From positions 80,327 to 144,326 of the forward strand of contig JAOQAG010000026.1 in the NCBI GenBank assembly GCA_025963715.1: a DNA stretch of 64,000 nt, written 5' to 3'. The position numbers were made by a program, and so were the translations under genes. The stretch comes from Bacteroidota bacterium (GTDB lineage Bacteria > Bacteroidota > Bacteroidia > 2-12-FULL-35-15). The notes below the pieces were generated by a model that was not told the origin of the DNA, made no database searches, and worked only from the letters and a program-made list of their open reading frames with translations. Positions 1 to 8,586 of this stretch are shown in pieces (within the stretch, counting starts at the first letter, position 1; each line of letters starts with the position of its first letter).

Positions 1-1
1 T

Positions 2-775
2 TCTGCCGCTCCTCTGGACCCCGCTGATCTTATCGATCTGGCCATTGAAAAGCAAAACGTAAGCTGGGACAAGGAACGCAACATGCTTGTTTCCACGATC
101 GAAAAATGTGTGGGCGGCATTGTACTGGAATCAAAATTAAATCACAAAATAGATGAGCAATTACGCATCAGCGTGATCTGCAGCATGATCCGTGAAAACG
201 GGTTGAAAACACTTAATTGGGACGAGCCGCAGGAACAGCTGCAGGCGCGCATCCTGAGCCTTCAAAAGTGGCGTCCGCAGGAAAACTGGCCCGATGTAAG
301 CAGCGAAAAATTGCTGGAAACACAGGAAGAGTGGCTGGGGCCTTACCTTATTAATATCAATAAGCTTACGGAATTACAAAAGCTGAACCTGAATGAGATC
401 ATCCGCTCTATCCTTCCCTGGGAGCTTTCCCAAAAACTGGATGAGCTGGCACCAGCAAAGCTGGAAGTTCCCACAGGTTCAATGATCCAACTCAAATATT
501 TTAACGACGGCAGTAAAATAGAAATGGCCGTTCGCCTCCAGGAAGTATTCGGGTTATTTGAAACACCTGCCGTAAACGACGGCCGCAACAAAGTGCTCAT
601 GCAGCTGCTTTCGCCCGGCTATAAGCCTGTACAGGTTACACAGGATCTTAACAGCTTCTGGAACAAAACCTATTTTGAAGTTCGTAAAGATTTGCTTTCC
701 CGCTACCCGCGCCATCACTGGCCTGTTGATCCGTTGACAGCAGAAGCTGTACGCGGGCCGAAGAAAAGAAGATGA
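2..775 (+). CDS. hrpB: ATP-dependent RNA helicase HrpB, C-terminal part (5' truncated by the window edge)
   Basis: Frame is open from position 2. HrpB C-terminal motifs AVRLQEVFG, LLSPGYKPVQVTQDLNSFW and RYPRHHWP. Confidence 0.9.
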   Translation, partial: SAAPLDPADLIDLAIEKQNVSWDKERNMLVSTIEKCVGGIVLESKLNHKIDEQLRISVICSMIRENGLKTLNWDEPQEQLQARILSLQKWRPQENWPDVSSEKLLETQEEWLGPYLININKLTELQKLNLNEIIRSILPWELSQKLDELAPAKLEVPTGSMIQLKYFNDGSKIEMAVRLQEVFGLFETPAVNDGRNKVLMQLLSPGYKPVQVTQDLNSFWNKTYFEVRKDLLSRYPRHHWPVDPLTAEAVRGPKKRR

Positions 776-964
776 TGTGCTGATGTGCAAATTTCTGATG
801 TGCAGATTTGCTGTGTATGCTTAAAAAACTAAACCCTTTCAGGGTTTTTTCTCCCAAGAAGGTGTAGATAACAAACGTTGGTATGGAAAGCAAATGGATG
901 TGCAGATTACTTAATGATATGATCAATATGCATTTCTTGTTTGTAACAAAATTACATAAAAAAC

Positions 965-1006
965 TGTCATCCCGGGCTTGACCCGGGATCTCATGAATGT
1001 TTGCAG
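965..1006. repeat. REP-like palindrome, family A (TGTCATCCCGGGCTTGACCCGGGATCTCATGAATGTTTGCAG)
   Basis: Near-identical copy at 8378-8419, partial copy at 6899-6919, related hairpin at 31638-31663. Confidence 0.85.
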
Positions 1007-1027
1007 CGCCTAAACAGCAATTACGAA

Positions 1028-1455
1028 CTATGTATCGGAACGCGGATCAAAAATGATTTTTATGATGTTAAAAAAGATCGCCTTTGGCGCTTATGATTAA
1101 ATTATGATTTGATCGCAGTCCAAATCCATCATCATGCTCAATATGCATCATCACGCACAGTAAACACGTAGTATGACAATCACAATTAAAAACAAGATTC
1201 TTCCGGGTAGACGCTTTTGGCCTTGTTCAGTAATAGCGGTAAAAAATCGCCCCGTAAACAACCTTAAGAAAATTATTAAATTCATTTTATCCAATGAAGG
1301 GATGATATGTACTGGCGATTATTTATCCGTGGTTCTTCTGAGCGCCAGCGGAAGAAGAAATTACCTTACAAGGCGAATCCCGCACGTGCGGGATTCTAAA
1401 TTTTGCCCGCCCGAATGAACGAATTCATTCGTTCGGGCGGGCCTTCAAAAAGTTA
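1028..1455 (+). repeat. ~400-nt structured non-coding element, copy 1 (carries a 36-nt insertion at 1406-1441)
   Basis: Colinear with the reverse complements of 60449-60844 and 60871-61271. Contains nested inverted repeats. Confidence 0.9.
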
Positions 1456-1518
1456 AAATACAGTAAAACACACAGCACACCAATGAACTAGTGAACTGAT
1501 GAACCAATGAACCATCCG

Positions 1519-1575
1519 GATTCGTAAAATTCGTTCCTGTTCCTGCCCGAATCGTTCAGGCGGACGTTATCCGTA
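1519..1575. repeat. Repeat family F (GATTCGTAAnnTTCGTTCCTGTTCGTTATCCGTA) with a 23-nt palindrome inserted at 1542-1564
   Basis: Uninterrupted copies at 8260-8298 (reverse), 14003-14040, 19247-19285 and 31816-31842. Confidence 0.8.
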
Positions 1576-1671
1576 TCCCGCTCATCCCATATAACTACCA
1601 CTCATCTACCAACACTTTTTTTATCGCAAATAAATCCTATTTTTAACAAAAATTTAAAACCCATACATTAA

Positions 1672-3045
1672 ATGAAGTTCAGAAGTATAATATTATCCAC
1701 AGCATTGCTTGCCGGCACTACCGTGATGGCGCAAAAACCTGCTGCAAAACCTGCTACAGCAAAGGCTCCGGCCGCAAAAACCGCTGCTGCAAATACCATT
1801 AAATTCACACAATACGACCTGCCGAACGGTTTGCACGTGATCCTGCATGAAGATCACTCCACACCCATCGTAGCTGTTACCGTTCTGTATCACGTGGGAT
1901 CAAAAAATGAAGACCCTAACCGTACCGGGTTCGCTCACTTTTTTGAACATTTAATGTTTGAAGGATCCGATAACATCAAACGCGGCGAATACATGAAATT
2001 AGTACAAAATGCAGGCGGACAATTAAACGCAAATACTTCGTTCGACCGTACTTTTTACTTTGAAGTGATCCCAAGCAATCAGCTGGAACTGGGCTTGTGG
2101 ATGGAATCAGAGCGCATGCTGCATTTAAAGATCGACTCAGCCGGACTGGAAACACAACGCGGAGTGGTGAAAGAAGAATTAAAACAACGCAATGAAAATA
2201 CGCCTTACGGATCCATTTTAAACGAATCCTTCGGACATGCATTTACCGTGCATCCGTATCACTGGACTCCGGGCGGATCTCCGGAATACATCAACAAAGC
2301 TGCGATGCAGGAATTTGTTGATTTCTACAAAACATTTTATGTTCCTAACAATGCCACACTTTCCATTGCCGGTGATATTACCCCTGCACAGGCAAAAGTG
2401 CTGATCGAAAAATATTTCGGCAGCATCCCGAAAGGAACAAAAGCAATTCCGCGCCCTACTGCCGTAGAACCTGTAAAAACAAAAGAAGTACGCGATACCG
2501 TTTACGATAACATCCAATTGCCTGCCGTTGTAATGGCTTACCACACACCGGCACAGGGCACACCTGATTATTATGCAGTGAACATGCTCACCACTTTATT
2601 ATCGCAGGGAAAAAGTTCCCGCATGCAAAAAAACATTGTTGATAAACAGCAAAAAGCAGTGTACGCAGGTGCATTTCCTTTGCCATCAGAAGATCCGGGC
2701 TTAGCGCTGATCTTCGGTATTACCAACATGGGCGTTGCTCCAACTGATCTGGAAGCATCTATGAATGCGGAATTCGACAAAACAAAAAATGAGCTGATCT
2801 CGGAAGAGGAATATCAGAAATTACGCAACCAGGTAGAAAATGATTTTGTGAGCGGCAACGAAAAAATGGCCGGGATTGCCGAAAATCTTGCGAATTATTA
2901 TGTGTATTACAAAGACGCAAACCTGATCAACACGGAAATTGACCGTTACCTGAAAGTAACCCGTGAAGACATTCAGAAAGCAGCTCAAAAATACCTGGTA
3001 AACACCAACCGCGTTGTGCTTTACTATTTACCGAAACAACAGTAA
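1672..3045 (+). CDS. M16B (pitrilysin family) zinc peptidase, catalytic subunit, exported
   Basis: Signal peptide. Inverted zinc motif HFFEH in GFAHFFEHLMF. LNANTSFDRT and FYKTFYVPNNATL motifs. Confidence 0.92.
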   Translation: MKFRSIILSTALLAGTTVMAQKPAAKPATAKAPAAKTAAANTIKFTQYDLPNGLHVILHEDHSTPIVAVTVLYHVGSKNEDPNRTGFAHFFEHLMFEGSDNIKRGEYMKLVQNAGGQLNANTSFDRTFYFEVIPSNQLELGLWMESERMLHLKIDSAGLETQRGVVKEELKQRNENTPYGSILNESFGHAFTVHPYHWTPGGSPEYINKAAMQEFVDFYKTFYVPNNATLSIAGDITPAQAKVLIEKYFGSIPKGTKAIPRPTAVEPVKTKEVRDTVYDNIQLPAVVMAYHTPAQGTPDYYAVNMLTTLLSQGKSSRMQKNIVDKQQKAVYAGAFPLPSEDPGLALIFGITNMGVAPTDLEASMNAEFDKTKNELISEEEYQKLRNQVENDFVSGNEKMAGIAENLANYYVYYKDANLINTEIDRYLKVTREDIQKAAQKYLVNTNRVVLYYLPKQQ

Positions 3046-3111
3046 ACCGGAAATTATAAATTAAAAAAATAATTCCGGTTGAAACCGGGAAATAAATTCA
3101 AGATCTAGAAA

Positions 3112-5223
3112 ATGAAAAAAGTAATAACATCCATAGCAACCGTTTTTATTGCAACAGCAATGTTCGCACAAACAAAACCGGCTCCGAAAGCACCGGCAGC
3201 AAAGCTCGATAGAAGTATCCGTCCTGTGCCTGCTCCTGCTCCCATGATCAAATTAGGCGATATTCAATCGTTTACACTGGCAAACGGCTTAAAAGTATTT
3301 TTGGTGGAAAACCACAAAGCGCCTACCGTTGCTTATTCCATCGCATTGAATATTCATCCTGCACTGGAAGGTGATGCAGCCGGACTGGCAAGCATTACCA
3401 GCGAATTGCTGACAAGCGGAACAAAAACACGCTCGAAAGATCAGCTGGATAACGACATCGATTTTATTGGTGCCACGCTGAGCGCTTCACCAACAGGGCT
3501 TTATGCAGCATCTTTGAAAAAACAAAACATTAAATTACTGGATTTAATGTCGGACGTTTTGTTAAACGCAAACTTCAAACAGGAAGAATTAGATAAGATC
3601 AAAACACAAACATTGTCAGGATTGGCGCAGGAAAAAGACGATCCGGATGCGATCTCCAAAAATGTGATGGCTGTTTTGAACTTCGGTAAAAACCATCCTT
3701 ACGGCGAAAACACTACGGAAGAGAGCGTTGGCAAGATCACCATCGATAAATGCAACAATTATTACAAAACCTATTTCCGTCCGAACGTGGCGTATTTAGC
3801 CATTGTTGGAGATGTTACCCTTGCGGAGATCAAACCATTGATGGAAAAATATTTTGGCGCATGGCAATCCGCTCCTGTTCCTGATGCACAATTTGCACAG
3901 CCTGCAGCTCCCGCAAAAACACGTGTAGCAGTGGTGAACAAAGCGGGTGCAGTTCAATCCGTGATCAATGTTACATACCCTGTTGATTTAAAACCAAACA
4001 GCGACGATGTGATTAAAGCACGCGTGATGAACACCATTTTAGGTGCCGGATTTTCTTCCCGCCTGTTCATGAACCTGCGCGAAAAACACAGCTATACTTA
4101 TGGTTCTTATTCATCATTGAACAACGATGAGCTGGCTGGCCAGTTCAGCGCTTACGCGAAAGTAAGAAATGCCGTAACCGATAGCTCCGTTAACGAGATC
4201 CTGAAAGAATTGAACCGGATCCGTACCGAAAAAGTACCACAGGACGAATTAGACGGCATCAAAAATTACCTGACCGGAAATTTCGCGATCTCCCTGGAAG
4301 ATCCTGAAACCGTTGCACGTTTTGCCATCAACATCGAGCGTTATCATTTACCAAAAGATTATTACGCAAATTATTTGAAAAATTTAGCGGCCGTTACCGT
4401 AGATGATGTATATGCCATGGCGCAAAAATACATCCGCCCGGAAAATGCGACTATCCTTGTAGTAGGCGACAAAGCGGAATTATCTAAAAGACTGGAGCGT
4501 TTCAGCCCGAGCAAAACCATTGAGTTTTATGACAATTATGGAAATGTAACAGTTAATGTAGCTGCGAAAGCAATACCTGCAGGTGTTACTTCTAAAACCG
4601 TGATCGATGCGTACATCAAAGCGATCGGCGGCGATAAGGTAACTGCTATGAAAGACCTGAAAACAGTTTACAGCGCTGAGATCCAGGGACAAAAACTGGA
4701 ACTGACCACCATGCAAAAATCACCAAACAAATACAAAATGATGGTAGGTGCAGGCGCAATGGTTGTTCAGCAAAAAACATACGACGGTGCAAAAGGGAAA
4801 GAGATGAACATGCAAACCGGTAAAAAAGAGGTGACCGGCGACGACCTGGAAGCATTAAAAGCGGATGCAACTCTGAACGAGGAAATGCAATATGAAAAAC
4901 TGGGCTTTACACTTACATTAAAAGGCATCGAGCAGATCAACGGCAGCGATGCTTACATCCTGGAAGTGACCAATGCAAAAGGTAAAAAATTCACAGAATG
5001 GTACGATGTGGCAAGCGGCTTAAAAGTACGCGCATTGCATACCGAAGACACACCACAGGGGCCAATGGTACAAACATCGGATTTCCTTGATTACAAAGAC
5101 ATGGGCGGAATTAAATTCCCTGGCGTGATCGCCACCAACATTGGGCCAATGCCATTAAAATTAACATTGCAATCCGCTGATGTGAATAAAGGCATCAAAG
5201 ACAGCGAATTCAGCGTTGACTAA
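3112..5223 (+). CDS. M16B peptidase partner subunit (non-catalytic) with an extra ~220-aa C-terminal beta-rich domain
   Basis: Signal peptide. M16 fold motifs but no HxxEH (GLASITSELL instead). Substrate-binding LREKHSYTYG motif. Confidence 0.85.
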   Translation: MKKVITSIATVFIATAMFAQTKPAPKAPAAKLDRSIRPVPAPAPMIKLGDIQSFTLANGLKVFLVENHKAPTVAYSIALNIHPALEGDAAGLASITSELLTSGTKTRSKDQLDNDIDFIGATLSASPTGLYAASLKKQNIKLLDLMSDVLLNANFKQEELDKIKTQTLSGLAQEKDDPDAISKNVMAVLNFGKNHPYGENTTEESVGKITIDKCNNYYKTYFRPNVAYLAIVGDVTLAEIKPLMEKYFGAWQSAPVPDAQFAQPAAPAKTRVAVVNKAGAVQSVINVTYPVDLKPNSDDVIKARVMNTILGAGFSSRLFMNLREKHSYTYGSYSSLNNDELAGQFSAYAKVRNAVTDSSVNEILKELNRIRTEKVPQDELDGIKNYLTGNFAISLEDPETVARFAINIERYHLPKDYYANYLKNLAAVTVDDVYAMAQKYIRPENATILVVGDKAELSKRLERFSPSKTIEFYDNYGNVTVNVAAKAIPAGVTSKTVIDAYIKAIGGDKVTAMKDLKTVYSAEIQGQKLELTTMQKSPNKYKMMVGAGAMVVQQKTYDGAKGKEMNMQTGKKEVTGDDLEALKADATLNEEMQYEKLGFTLTLKGIEQINGSDAYILEVTNAKGKKFTEWYDVASGLKVRALHTEDTPQGPMVQTSDFLDYKDMGGIKFPGVIATNIGPMPLKLTLQSADVNKGIKDSEFSVD

Positions 5224-5240
5224 TAATTTTAAATTCTAAT

Positions 5241-5276
5241 AAAAAAACCGCTCGATTTTATCTGAGCGGTTTTTTT
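5241..5276 (+). terminator. Intrinsic terminator after the M16 pair
   Basis: AAAAAAACCGCTC-loop-GAGCGGTTTTTTT. Confidence 0.85.
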
Positions 5277-5350
5277 ATACTTTTTTCAGTTCAAAGTTTA
5301 ATTTCAAAAGTTTAAAGTTTTGCTTCGCGCAGATGCCGCGCTTACTTTAG

Positions 5351-5397
5351 CCTTTGCGAACTCTGCGCCTCCTTTGCGCCTTTGCGGTTAAACACAC
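5351..5397. repeat. Repeat family E (CTTTGCGAACTCTGCGCC...CTTTGCGGTTAA)
   Basis: Related copies at 20104-20144 (reverse), 27319-27365, 30143-30218, 30252-30300 and several at 53134-53390. Confidence 0.8.
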
Positions 5398-5470
5398 GCA
5401 GTACCACACAGCTAACTTTAAACTTTAAACTTCTTTTTATTAGTTTAGAGGCAAAATAAACCCAAACCGG

Positions 5471-5497
5471 AGGCAACCGGTTCCAACCTTTTACGTC
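5471..5497 (+). promoter_or_regulatory. Putative ECF sigma promoter (autoregulatory)
   Basis: AGGCAACC-N15-CGTC upstream of the ECF sigma gene. The same motif occurs at 7108-7133. Confidence 0.55.
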
Positions 5498-5544
5498 ATA
5501 ATTGCGTAGAAGAGGGTGTTTTTAGCTATAAAGGCGCTGAATTT

Positions 5545-6108
5545 ATGAATGAACACGACATTATTAAAGGCTGTTTGAAGAACGACCGTGCGAGCCAAAA
5601 AGCTTTGTACGAGCAATATTACAGTAAAATGTTAGGCGTTTGTTTGCGCTATTCAAAAGATAAGGACGATGCCAAAGATGTACTTCACGAAGCCTTCCTC
5701 AAAGTTTTTAATAACCTTAAAAACTTTAACGGAACAGGTTCCTTTGAAGGATGGATCCGCCGGATCATGGTCAACACCTCTATCGACAGTTTACGCAAGA
5801 ACAAACAAAATTACCTGATTGTGAGTACCGTGTATGCAAATGAAAAAGCATCCAACCTGGCAGATGAAGTAGAAGAAGATGATCTGATCCTGAACATCAA
5901 CAAAGAAGAGATCTTAAAAGCAGTTCAGGAGCTGACACCCGCATACCGCACGGTTTTTAACTTATACGTGATCGAGGAATTTTCGCACAGGGAAATTGCC
6001 GAAATGCTGGACATAAGCGAAGGAACATCTAAATCGAATTTATCAAAAGCGAAGTTTAACTTGAAAAGGAATTTAATGCACTTAATAAAAGCTACACATG
6101 ACAAGTAA
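5545..6108 (+). CDS. ECF RNA polymerase sigma factor (sigma-70 regions 2 and 4)
   Basis: Motifs DAKDVLHEAFLKVF, FEGWIRRIMVNTSID and SHREIAEMLDISEGTSKSNLSKAK. Confidence 0.95.
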   Translation: MNEHDIIKGCLKNDRASQKALYEQYYSKMLGVCLRYSKDKDDAKDVLHEAFLKVFNNLKNFNGTGSFEGWIRRIMVNTSIDSLRKNKQNYLIVSTVYANEKASNLADEVEEDDLILNINKEEILKAVQELTPAYRTVFNLYVIEEFSHREIAEMLDISEGTSKSNLSKAKFNLKRNLMHLIKATHDK

Positions 6109-6832
6109 CATCCCCGAAAACAGTAAGCTTGACGAAGCAGTTAAAAACACTTTGAACAACTATGAAGCGCCGTTTGATAGTGCCGATTGGTCGCGCATGG
6201 AACGCATACTGGATACAGCGCCAAAATCAAGCAACTTCAACTGGTCATATGCAATTGGCGCGGTGCTTGGCTTAGCTATAATTGGCGGAGGTTATTTTGC
6301 ATATACAAATTACACTTCCAAACACAATGATGCAGTAAGCATTACACCTCCACCGGCACCAAAAACCGAGCAGGTAATTACTCCTTCACCAAAAACAACC
6401 ACCACTACCGCCGCACCTGTAACTACAACACCAGCGGTAACACAACCATCAATCACAGCAACACCTCCTCCTGCGATCACGGATAACCAGGCGAACAAAC
6501 CGGCAGATGCTGCAACTACAAAAACACCGGTTGCGAAAGACGATAAATCAAAAGCAAAAAAACAAAAAACAACAGACATCAGCGCTGATCCGGATGCAAA
6601 TGTAATTGTTCACCAACACGTTGCAGGTATGGGTAACGAGCCTGTGTTCGGTGATATGCTTGATTCATCACGAGGCATTATCGGTGAAACAAAAGAAAAA
6701 GACGAAACTAAAAAAGCCGCAAAAGCTAAAAAAGATGTACCTGTTGGCTGGAATGCATTTATGCTACCCAATGTAAATACCGATAGCCTGCGGAAATACA
6801 AAGACAGAAGAGACTCATTAAAAGTTAATTAG
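6098..6832 (+). CDS. Putative single-pass anti-sigma factor with a Pro/Thr-rich periplasmic linker
   Basis: Overlaps the sigma stop codon. N-terminal YEAP...DWSRME segment, one TM helix, then a low-complexity region. Confidence 0.6.
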   Translation: MTSNIPENSKLDEAVKNTLNNYEAPFDSADWSRMERILDTAPKSSNFNWSYAIGAVLGLAIIGGGYFAYTNYTSKHNDAVSITPPPAPKTEQVITPSPKTTTTTAAPVTTTPAVTQPSITATPPPAITDNQANKPADAATTKTPVAKDDKSKAKKQKTTDISADPDANVIVHQHVAGMGNEPVFGDMLDSSRGIIGETKEKDETKKAAKAKKDVPVGWNAFMLPNVNTDSLRKYKDRRDSLKVN

Positions 6833-6859
6833 TTTTTTAAGATATACATCCCCGCTTGG

Positions 6860-6890
6860 AAAAACCCTTCTCTACTCCGGAAGGGTTTTT
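6860..6890 (+). terminator. Intrinsic terminator
   Basis: AAAAACCCTTC-loop-GAAGGGTTTTT. Confidence 0.8.
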
Positions 6891-6925
6891 CATTTTTAGG
6901 ATCTCATAAATGTTTGCAGTTACAC

Positions 6926-7001
6926 GTAGGCGCTAGGCTCTGCCTGGTGACAATATATAGTGACAAAACCATAATGTCACTAGGCAGAGCCTAGCGCCTG
7001 C
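6926..7001. repeat. REP doublet (REPIN-like) with 27-nt inverted arms starting GTAG
   Basis: GTAGGCGCTAGGCTCTGCCTGGTGACA / TGTCACTAGGCAGAGCCTAGCGCCTGC, 25/27 complementary. Confidence 0.8.
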
Positions 7002-7107
7002 ACATATAATAATAAGTAAAAATAATATGAAGGTTCCAGATTCAATACAAACATCACCACTCTGTTTTATAGAAAATAAAAAGATCTCCAAAAAATTTCA
7101 CCTCCAC

Positions 7108-7133
7108 AGGCAACCCTTCAAAAATTACCCGTC
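7108..7133 (+). promoter_or_regulatory. Putative ECF sigma promoter upstream of the PorP/SprF gene
   Basis: AGGCAACC-N14-CGTC. Confidence 0.5.
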
Positions 7134-7165
7134 TTTTTATCAGGAAACGCAAATCTAAAAAGCGC

Positions 7166-8125
7166 ATGAAAAAACTTTACACTTTATTAATGTTATCACT
7201 CAGCTTGCTGACATTAAAAACGGCAAAGGCGCAGGATCCGCAATTCACGCAGTTTTACGCCAATCCATTGTATTTGAATCCAGCACTTGCCGGAACAAAC
7301 ATCTGTCCGCGCATCTGCATCAATTACCGGAACCAATGGCCCGGCATTTCCGGAACATACGTTACCACCAGCGCTTCCTTCGATCGCTACATTTACCAGA
7401 TCAAAAGCGGAATTGGCGTATTGGTTACCAACGACAGGGCCGGACAAGGAACACTGAACACAACTAACATCAGCGCTATTTATTCGAAACAGATCCAGAT
7501 CAACCGCAACTTATCCATTAATGGCGGATTTAAAGCAACGTACGGGCAAAAATCCATCGACTGGAGCAAGCTTACCTTTGGTGATCAGATCAACGATCAG
7601 CGTGGATTTATTTACAATACAAATGAAACACACGGCGCTACCACCAAATCATTCGTTGATTTTTCGGCAGGATTGGTTGCCTTTACAAAACGCATGTTTA
7701 TTGGGTTTGCTGCCGATCACCTAACACAACCGGATGAAAGTTTGCTGGGCGGCGGACAAAGCAAACTGCCTGTAAAATTTACCGGCCATGCCGGAGCGAC
7801 TATTCCCATTGGCGGAAAAGAATCGGATGCAACCATTTCACCAAATGTTTTGTATCAGAAACAACAGGATTTTCAACAGCTGAATTTAGGTGTATACTTT
7901 ACAAAAGGTGCCATTGTAGGCGGATTGTGGTATCGCAACAGCGATGCATTTATTGTATTGATCGGCGTGCAGCACGGTATGTTTAAAGTAGGATACAGTT
8001 ACGATGTTACCGTTTCCAAATTAACAAACGCAACTGCAGGCTCACACGAATTATCAGTAGGATTACAATTTACCTGTAAAAAACCAAGACCAAAATATCG
8101 CCCGAGCACCTGCCCGAGCTTTTAA
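7166..8125 (+). CDS. T9SS membrane protein, PorP/SprF family
   Basis: Motifs AQDPQFTQFYANPLYLNPALAG, YRNQWPG and VGYSYDVTVSKL...GSHELS. Confidence 0.93.
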   Translation: MKKLYTLLMLSLSLLTLKTAKAQDPQFTQFYANPLYLNPALAGTNICPRICINYRNQWPGISGTYVTTSASFDRYIYQIKSGIGVLVTNDRAGQGTLNTTNISAIYSKQIQINRNLSINGGFKATYGQKSIDWSKLTFGDQINDQRGFIYNTNETHGATTKSFVDFSAGLVAFTKRMFIGFAADHLTQPDESLLGGGQSKLPVKFTGHAGATIPIGGKESDATISPNVLYQKQQDFQQLNLGVYFTKGAIVGGLWYRNSDAFIVLIGVQHGMFKVGYSYDVTVSKLTNATAGSHELSVGLQFTCKKPRPKYRPSTCPSF

Positions 8126-8377
8126 AAATATGGAAGATATCCCGTCGGTAACCGGGAGCTTGTGAGAGGGCAAATGTTACCGGGTTAATTTTAATTTTTT
8201 AGTTTGAGAGAGCGGAAAGTCTTGTCCAGAATAGCGGATAAGGCTTTTTGTTTTTAAGGTACGGATAACGAACAGGAACGAATATTACGAATCTGTGTGT
8301 TACAGATTACCAATAAATACAAATTTACAAATCTGTGTAATACTGTGTTTGATTGGGAATACAATTATTCTACGCAT

Positions 8378-8470
8378 TGTCATCCCGGGCCTGACCCGGG
8401 ATCTCATGAATGTTTGCAGAATGTTTTTTCGTTCTTAATTAACAGATCCCGGGTCGGCGCTCGGGATGAC
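8378..8470. repeat. REP-like inverted pair, family A
   Basis: GTCATCCCGGGCCTGACCCGGGATCT ... AGATCCCGGGTCGGCGCTCGGGATGAC. Confidence 0.85.
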
Positions 8471-8496
8471 GACTTCGAAAGGAGAACACTAACAAC

Positions 8497-8529
8497 AAAA
8501 AAAGCGAAGAATGATTCTTCGCTTTTTTT
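8497..8529 (-). terminator. Bidirectional-type terminator downstream of glyQS
   Basis: A7-GCGAAGAAT-G-ATTCTTCGC-T7. Confidence 0.8.
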
Positions 8530-8553
8530 AATACACACAGTAAATACCCAGCT

Positions 8554-8586
8554 AACTTTAAACTTTCCAACTTTAAACTTTGAACT
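8554..8586. repeat. Heptamer tandem repeat family (ACTTTAA/ACTTTGA)
   Basis: Also at ~5290-5320 (reverse), 5414-5432, 19290-19323, 31767-31800 and 31850-31881. Confidence 0.7.

Noticed and set aside
1173..1418. 81-aa ORF sharing CTGDYLSxVLLSxSGRRNYLTR with ORF 60205-60606
   Set aside because: The similarity comes from the DNA element. The frame diverges right after LTR and is not kept in copy 3, and the substitutions preserve base pairing rather than codons.
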